Source of the DNA: Atractiella rhizophila
Lineage: Eukaryota
Assembly: GCA_021432655.1 (NCBI GenBank)
Contig: MU271493.1
Location: forward strand, 1 to 53,265
DNA: 53,265 nt
Direction of reading: 5' to 3'
The notes below the pieces were generated by a model that saw only the letters and a list, made by a program, of their open reading frames with translations, searched no databases and had not been told where the DNA came from. The position numbers were made by a program, and so were the translations under genes. The stretch's first letter is position 1. Each line of letters starts with the position of its first letter. Positions 45,959 through 53,265 of the stretch are shown piece after piece.

Positions 45959-48900
45959 ATGGATGAACTCATTCAATATTGCTTGGATGAGTTGGCGATG
46001 AGCGGTGTTCAGGGTGGGTACTCCCATTGTCTCGTCAAGATAGATTCTTGAATGTCCAGCCCTTGAAACGTTTTTATTTGTTGTTGAGCTGAGAGAGAGA
46101 GAAGTCGAGGAGATGTGGGAGGTGGGAGGAAGGAAGGGTTCGAGTCCCCCTTCTGACCAGTTTCTTATCTGGTCTTAGTGGAGCACATTATATAGAAAAA
46201 TTTTCTTACATATTGACTCTTACACATTGACAACAACTTGAAGCTAGATTTTCAGTCCAAGAAGCTCTTGATAAAAGTCAAAACTATCTTCGTTTGAAAA
46301 CAAGTGATTCACTTTGGTTAACCTTCCTCTGTCAGGCTGCTCTCCATCTGAACTCTCTAATTTCATTTCCCAATACTACAATACGGTAAATACATCCTAC
46401 CCACAAATCGTCGACGGTCGATTCTCCAACCTGATATGGAAGCACCTAATCGACTGCACGGAGACAAGAGTGTGGGCTTTAATACCCTCAGAACGAGAAG
46501 GGCAGGTTGGATTGGAAGGTATTGAAGGACGTGCCAACAGCGAAGACGTTGTCGATTCGAACTGTTCCAACTTACAGAAGGTTCAAACAAAATTTCTCGG
46601 CGAGGAGGAGAAGCTGCTTAGACGAGAAGAGTTAGGGAAGCGGTATGGAGATGAGAATCTGAGGCTTGGGGTCAATGAGGAGTTGATATGGATTGCGTTG
46701 ACAGGAACACATTCAAGGGTTTGCTGTTTCGTTCTTCCTCCTCTTCAGCCGGGGAAATGACAATGGCAGCCCTCGAGTATCACACCTCCCGTTTATCAAG
46801 TCCTTCAAATGGTTGCAATGAATCGAGAGAACGGATTAACTATTGTTGAACTCGGACGGTTGATGCAGAAGGATCAGAAGTCCATGTTCCACATCGTTCG
46901 AGTTCTTGTCCAATTGGGTCTCTGGTATGTGTTTCCCATACTTCCTTTCTGTTCTTTGAGCATCTGATAGACATATTGCTTGGCTTGACAGCGTCAAATT
47001 CAAGGTCATTGCTAATAAAGTAGCGACAAACCGAGTGATCCACGTTCGCTTCATATCAAAATCTGCAGAATACAAACTTTCCGCCCAGGACGATGATACA
47101 GTGAGCAAGAAGGGTCAAAGGACCAAAGGAAACGGCTTTGCCCCTACACCTGTCGATATTAAAGGCAAAGGGATGGAGAAACAGACCGTTAACGCTGCTG
47201 CAGACCGAGAAGGGGAGGAAGAACCACAACTGCTCCTTCCTATTGGTCCTGAACACCTCAACACTAATCGAAGCCTTGTAGCGAAGAGGATTGTCCGGGC
47301 ACTGAAGGAAAGGGATAATATGAATAAGGTGCTTCGTCGAGAGGACCTTGGTCCTGCAATCGTACGCCATCTTTCGCCATGTGTTAGTCCACACGGCTCA
47401 TTTTTACTCTGGAAAGGGTCTTCGTTTGTATACCAAAGAAGACAAACGGAAACTTGCGTCACTCCTTAGGACTTTGTATGACAAGGGGGTGTTAGAATTG
47501 ATCAAAGTACCGATCATGAAAGTGAATGGGGAAGCAGCTTTCGTCAAATGCTTGAGATTGGTGGACAGAGGAAAAAGTTGGTTCTCCGTATTTCCTGTTT
47601 GGCACGTCTAAAAAGAGTTACTAGAGGAGGACAACGAGCTCGAGAACCTGGAAAGTGCGCTCGACGGTACGACTGAAAAGCGCAGAGTTGGTAGCGTCGA
47701 TATCTGCTTTCCTGCCTTAAACATCTCGATTGACAGGCAGATCGTGGATTTGCTGCTCCAAGTTGGTCCATTGGGGATGTTGAATATCGTCTGTGTAGTC
47801 AACCTCAATCTGAAAGTGTCCTTATTCGCTAACTGACAGAACATCTCCATGCTTTTGGGCGAGCTTTACATCCGTCTGGTGGACCAAGCACTTATGCGAC
47901 TCGAACGAGATCTTCCCCCTTCAAACCTCCGCGACCTAACGGTCGTTTCAGTCTTGGAATTTCATGGGCGAGAGAAGCGTGCCCGGTTCTTCACCCTCGA
48001 CGCATACAAAATGAACTGCTTCGACAACGGACTGGACCCGATACAAGCTCTGAAAGCGACAGAAGCGGGAAAGTTGCTGTCAAGAAGCGGCCAGGAAGAT
48101 GGTCTTGACGCATCTGGTACTGGGGGGTGGTCTCCTTTGGAGACTGTGGGTTATTACCAGACGGTCGAGGAGCTTCAATCCTACTGTGCCAAATTAGATG
48201 TTCGCACAGTCGTGTCCGTGGGCTCAAAGAAGAATACAAAGCGAGCGCCAATCGACCCTGTGACAGGAGAAGTGAAAAAAGGCCGACCTAGAAAGTATCC
48301 CGTTGGTTCGACAGCCGCTGATAGGAGGAAACTGAAGCAAGAGGGGGAAGAAAGCATCCCAACAGGTAGCTTAACGAAGGCAAGATCAAGAAAAGGCAAA
48401 ACGCCAAGAAAGAAGGGATTGGAGAAAGATGTCGATGGTGAGGCGGAAGGCGATATGGCCGCCGAGGACACCTCAGACAAGGCGTCAAACCTAACAGTAA
48501 ATCCAACAAAGGAGAAACAGAAGGCGGTGGTTATCGATGTGGATGCGGAAGCTGGAGAGGCTGACCCGTCGAAGAAGGCGAAAGCGATAAAAGAAGTATC
48601 TACGCGGACTGCCAGACGCAACAAGCGACAGCGGCTAGATGAAGAGGCACCTGAGGTGGATGAACCATCAACGAAGAGACCTAAGCGGAAATCCACCAGA
48701 ATTGTGCCAGAGCCCGCAGGTACTTCACAGGGGGACCTATCCCCTTCGCCTGACAAGATGACGCTGAAAAAGACAAAAGACCCTCCGTCAGCAGCCCCGA
48801 TTTCTAACCATACAAGACCGCTGCGGGTTACTCGCTCAACAGTAGACGCTTTAGGAGGCACCGACAGCCAAAGCAATACTGTAACGATCGAAGCCTTAGA

Positions 48901-51900
48901 TGACGGTCCTCGTAACAGTCCGAGTACCAAGGACCCCGTAAACGACACTTCGAATGCGGGTCCTCCTAAACGTAAAGCGGCGGAACTTACCCCTGAGAGA
49001 CCTTCCAAGTCATCACGTGTAGAGGGGGAGGTTATTCACATTGTGGAAGCTAACGAGATCCCGGGAGTAACGACAGCTAGAAGATCCAACGCATCGCGGC
49101 AAAAGAGAATCCTCACAACCGTGGTGCGACAGACAGAGCTGTTATCGTTGGTGAAGGAGTGTGGTGGAATGATTGACCTGAATCACGAGTTCTACAGAAC
49201 CTTGACAGAACGAAACTTGCAAGCTATATCTAGGAGCACCGGAAAGCAAACATATTCCGTGGACAAGCGCAGTTTGAACTCTGATATCGTCGCTTTAGTA
49301 GATGAAGGCTTACTCAAGAAGTTCGAAACTCAGGTTCCTGGATTCGCAGCTCAGCAAAAGAAAACGATTCTTCATTTGCCGGACATCATGCTCACTAGCC
49401 CAGAGATGCAAGCTTTCATGCTGACGATCCAGAATCGAGCTCTCGCTCCGCCTAAGAAGAAGACGGATAATGTTCCGAGCGCTACGGCTACTATAGACCG
49501 TGGACCACTATCCGAATTCTCCCCAGACGAGGGGAAGGGACAAAAAAGAACCGTAGCCGTAATTCGTGGCTCCAAAGAATATTTCGCAGCTCATTGGCGA
49601 GTTTCTTCGCAACGTTTCGGATATTCCCTCGCTCGCTTTGTTCGCGCCAAAGATTTCCATAGATGCCTCATACAGCTTTCACAGACTTCTCATGGAAACC
49701 ATGTCCTTGTTGGCAAAGGTGCTCGAATTGTTTCCATGGCGGCATTATTTCAAGAGATACCGCTCAGGGTTTACACGTCAGTCATACCGATTGCAACCGT
49801 CGACCCTGGATTCCAGGCATTCTACGCCGAAAACAAGGATGTCTTGCTGAAGAACCTGCCACAAACATTTCAAGAGAAGATCAAACTTCTGAAAAGTATA
49901 TCGCGGGATCGGATGCTGCGATATCTAGAATTGCTCCAGGAGCTGGGGTTGTTACACGGTCTCTGCACGGTACCTGTCGGCACTGCAGATTCACTCCAGG
50001 TCGATATAGACGGCCTTCCGTTGTCCTTCGGATTTGTAGAAACAAGCAAAGATGCTTCCCATTGGTGTTTGCACGATTGGGCAGGAGTCTACTCTCTCCA
50101 ATCTCCAGAAATGCCTCTGCAAAGCTTGCATGCCGTGTCTGATTCTCTCGAACTGGAAGTGTTCTGGACAGAGTTGGAAAGAGCTTCTGTTTTCCAGCCT
50201 TCAAATGCCGTCGAAACTTCAACTCTCCCACCCTCTCAAGAACTTTCTGCCCGCGCGGCTTCATTACGAATCCCCCTCACTTTTCAAGGCGATAGCGTTC
50301 TAGTGGAATCTTTAAAGAAGTCTCGAAACTGGACCAAGGGTTACATTTTGACTGATCATCAAAAGAGCTATTTGCGAAGCTGTAAAAGTTCTGGCGAGGT
50401 TAATTTTGAGAATATAGAGGAGGTAGAAACGCTCGCTGATACGCTTTTGGCCCCTGCCGATGTGGTGATGGCTTTTCTTCAGACGGGACGCAAGTCGAAG
50501 AAGAAGGCTACAAAGAGATCCTGGAAAGCTACACCGGCAACGAAGGCGAACTTAGATTCCAATGCAGCACAAGAGGCAAGAAAGAGGATTGCTTATAAAG
50601 CCAAGAAAGCGGGAGAACAGCGGACAAAAGATTGGGACGCAATGATCAACAGATTTCTGAAGATGCACAATCTTGACTGCATCGACAAGACATTACAAGA
50701 TCAGCTGTACCATCGTTATATCAATCAACCGTCTCCAACCACTGTGAAGATGATCCAAGATGAGCTCAATAACTGGCTCCGTTCACGATCCGCAGATCAG
50801 CCCTTTACGCAGGGTATGGGTAACACTTCATTGATTACCATTCAACGAGTTCCTCTTCTGCGGCCCTCGAAAAAGACTCCGAGAGCTCCTTTTCTTCCTG
50901 TGGTTGAAAACATCAGTAAGCTGACTGTGCCCATCCGATGAAATTTCACCTTGTGTGTTTGAAGGGGAATCGGAAGTGCGACGAAGAAAACATTTTACAA
51001 CCGAAGAGGATGTCGCCATCATCGAGGCAGCCGTCATTCTTAAAGCGCGAGCTACTCGTCTTGGGTTTCCTACAATAAAGTGGTCTGAAGCGAAGGGGAA
51101 TATCATTCCTGATCGCACTCAAGATTCCGCAATCAAGAGGGCTGCCATCCTGCTCAAGCGAAAGGAAGAGTTCGCGTATTACTCGAAACTTTTGCAAGCT
51201 TGGACCCACTTTTACAACCGCAAGGTGCAAGAGAATAACCTGCCAGAGGAACTTCAGGATGACAACCCTTTGCTTATGGACAAACATTTTATGTACCTGC
51301 GTGATAACCTCGATCGGGATCGGATGTCAGCTCCACCCTACTACTACGCCAGGACTAACTTTTTTATAGACGTCACGACTGTACCCAGGATATCGCCCCA
51401 ACAGACGAACTAGATCTTCCCTCTGATTCAGAAGATTTTCTACGAACGCACGATGTGAAACGAGCGTCTGATGAACTGGTCATGACGGACAATGATTACT
51501 GGGCACACCCTCATAAAGGGAGAGTGAATCATAATCTCAGAGCAAAAGAGTTGGTTAGCGAAGTGTTTGCTCGCCGTCTGAACCTGTCTGCATCCGAAGA
51601 CAACAAAGCTGAAGCGCTGGATCGAAAGCTCTGGGTAACAACACAAGCAATTAAGGTATTCCCTTTCATCTACTGGAACAAGCTACCTGAACCGAAGAAT
51701 AGATGATGACGGCGCTCAGGACCGAGGACTTTGATGGACAAAAAATGGCGAGTATGCTTCAAGAGACTGCTGGAGAGGAGATAACCGAAGAAGGAATCGA
51801 GTATTTGCATGAGACCGGATGCTTGGTTCCGGCCAAAGGAGACCTTGCGAAACGTGTTCCTGGCAGGAATTATGCCTTTTCAGACAGGTTGCTTTCGCCA

Positions 51901-53265
51901 TGGGAATGAATTGTGTGTTAATGATCGCTTTAGATTTTCCTCCTCCTTCATTCAACCCGTCATGATGAAACCAAGCGATCAAGCCACTCGATCGCTTTTT
52001 GAACTTGTACGGCCTGGCATATCTGATGACTTGCCAACGATTCGGCCATTTAACATTCTCACCGAGGATTGGGAAGTTATGATGCTCACGTCTTTAGTTT
52101 CTCATGATCAAGTGCGTTGCACATCGATGGCCTGCGCAACTAACAGTCGTTCTAGGTAGACGTGGATGTTGACACCAGCGTTCCGCAACAACATCTCCAA
52201 GATCACCCTAACGCTGAGGCCAAGGGATTTGGTACGTCTTCACATCATGTTATTTTCGCCACTCTTGACAAATTGCAGAGGACGAATGGATCGAATGCGA
52301 GCTCTTCCTTTCTGCAATCGATGAAACCAGAATGAACCATTATTTTTGCGACCTGCCTCCCATCGTTCCACCAACATTCGATCTGCAACTTGTGGATCTT
52401 GACGTGCTGCATTCTCGTGTATCTATTACGGAAGACAAAGCCACATGTTGCTATCGTCCTGGAGAAAGCGCCTTAACCGACTGCCTCTCTTGTCTTCAGC
52501 TGCTCCATCACGCTTTATTACAGGATCTAGCTGCAAAAGGGTTTGACGCGGAGAATGTTGATCGCTGGGTAAATATGGTGAAGGATGCAGGGGAGAATGG
52601 GATAGAGCTCAAGTCACTCGACGTAAGCAGCACCGCTACACCTGAGTTCTGCTTTGATGGGTGGGCTGATGTTCCGATTAGGTGGAGGATGAACTGCTCG
52701 ATAGTCTAGTGACTTCGCCGCACACCGTTTTTTTCTGGTCAGGCACTGGCGATGACGCCCCGAGATTGACACATTTCGAATTCCTCAGCCAGTGGTGTGC
52801 CAAATTCCCGGTCCTTAAGGCTCCTCAAAGCACTTCCTCTTCTCACCCAGATTGGAAATATGTTGAACCTCGAATCTACGGTAGCCCGTGCGAATCGTTC
52901 AATGCAGAGTGTTACATCACCGTGGGTCACTTCATCGTTGGCTGCGTTGTGGAACGGCCGGGGATGCTCGAGGTTCGTCCATCTTGCTAGTTATAATTTC
53001 TGACTCACTTTCTTTCTTGTATGGCGCAGACTGCACTCCGAAAACGCGTTTCTTTCTCTCTTGAACTCCTCGAGTTTTTCGAAGTCCTAGTCGAGCTCCT
53101 GATCCATGGACGCCTTCGAAGGATGTCGGTGCAGGAAGGAGCATACCAGATGTTCGAAGATGTGTCTGAGCTCGAAGATGATGAGAAGGTCACCGTCAGA
53201 GAGAAGGCGAAACTTAAGCTTGCCAAAGAGTGGGGGAATGGAAGGATTATGGTGCCTGGAATAAA
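45959..53265 (+). CDS. TFC3: TFIIIC B-box-binding large subunit (Tfc3/Sfc3/GTF3C1 family); multi-exon, incomplete at the window end
   Basis: Exon 1 MDELIQYCLDELAMSGVQG (45959-46013) joins CSPSEL (46336). Winged-helix YQVLQMVAMNRENGLTIVELGRLMQKDQKSMFHIVRVLVQLGL; AT-hook KKGRPRKYP; RRRKHFTTEED motif; 1030-aa central exon. Confidence 0.85.
46137..46147 (+). promoter_or_regulatory. Isolated RNA Pol III B-box (TFIIIC site) inside intron 1 of the TFIIIC subunit gene
   Basis: GGTTCGAGTCC is an exact match to GGTTCGANTCC; no upstream A-box or cloverleaf seen. Confidence 0.65.

Noticed and set aside
45719..46027. 102-aa minus-strand ORF (MGVPTLNTAH...)
   Set aside because: It overlaps antisense to TFC3 exon 1 and has no recognisable motif.
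46100..46200. tRNA gene or permuted tRNA (B-box, ...GACCA, downstream TGGTCTTAGTGG)
   Set aside because: No acceptor, D or anticodon stems could be folded, and the T-stem pairs over only 3 bp. Kept as an isolated B-box.
48181..49008. 275-aa minus-strand ORF and similar long antisense ORFs (13518-14177, 38971-39681)
   Set aside because: Antisense shadows of well-supported coding exons.

Overview
Eukaryotic, intron-rich fungal DNA, most likely a basidiomycete of the Pucciniomycotina (inferred from ~45-55 nt introns, the STE3 receptor and tandem-CAAX pheromone precursors). Positions 1-5.0 kb are a nest of broken Ty1/copia LTR retrotransposon pieces. Housekeeping genes follow (Munc13-homology/C2 protein, malate dehydrogenase, a conserved hypothetical gene), then a ~9 kb decayed transposon zone (foldback element, probable solo LTR, dead Ty3/gypsy element). 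From 23.7 kb the window is gene-dense and contains a pheromone/receptor (P/R) mating-type locus: PAN3, STE3, KAP95, a hypothetical gene and FOUR identical lipopeptide-pheromone precursor genes. These are arranged as a divergent inverted pair that has been tandemly duplicated (1,992 bp unit). Each precursor carries five copies of an almost featureless glycine-rich core, NGGGSAGGGG-CaaX. Next come SYP1-like muniscin, a Mid2-like membrane protein, RPL28 (eL28), a rhodanese/dual-specificity MAPK phosphatase, and the TFIIIC B-box-binding subunit, which runs off the window. That last gene has an unusually long first intron holding a perfect isolated B-box, a candidate autoregulatory circuit. Gene models were spliced by eye, so exon boundaries are approximate.
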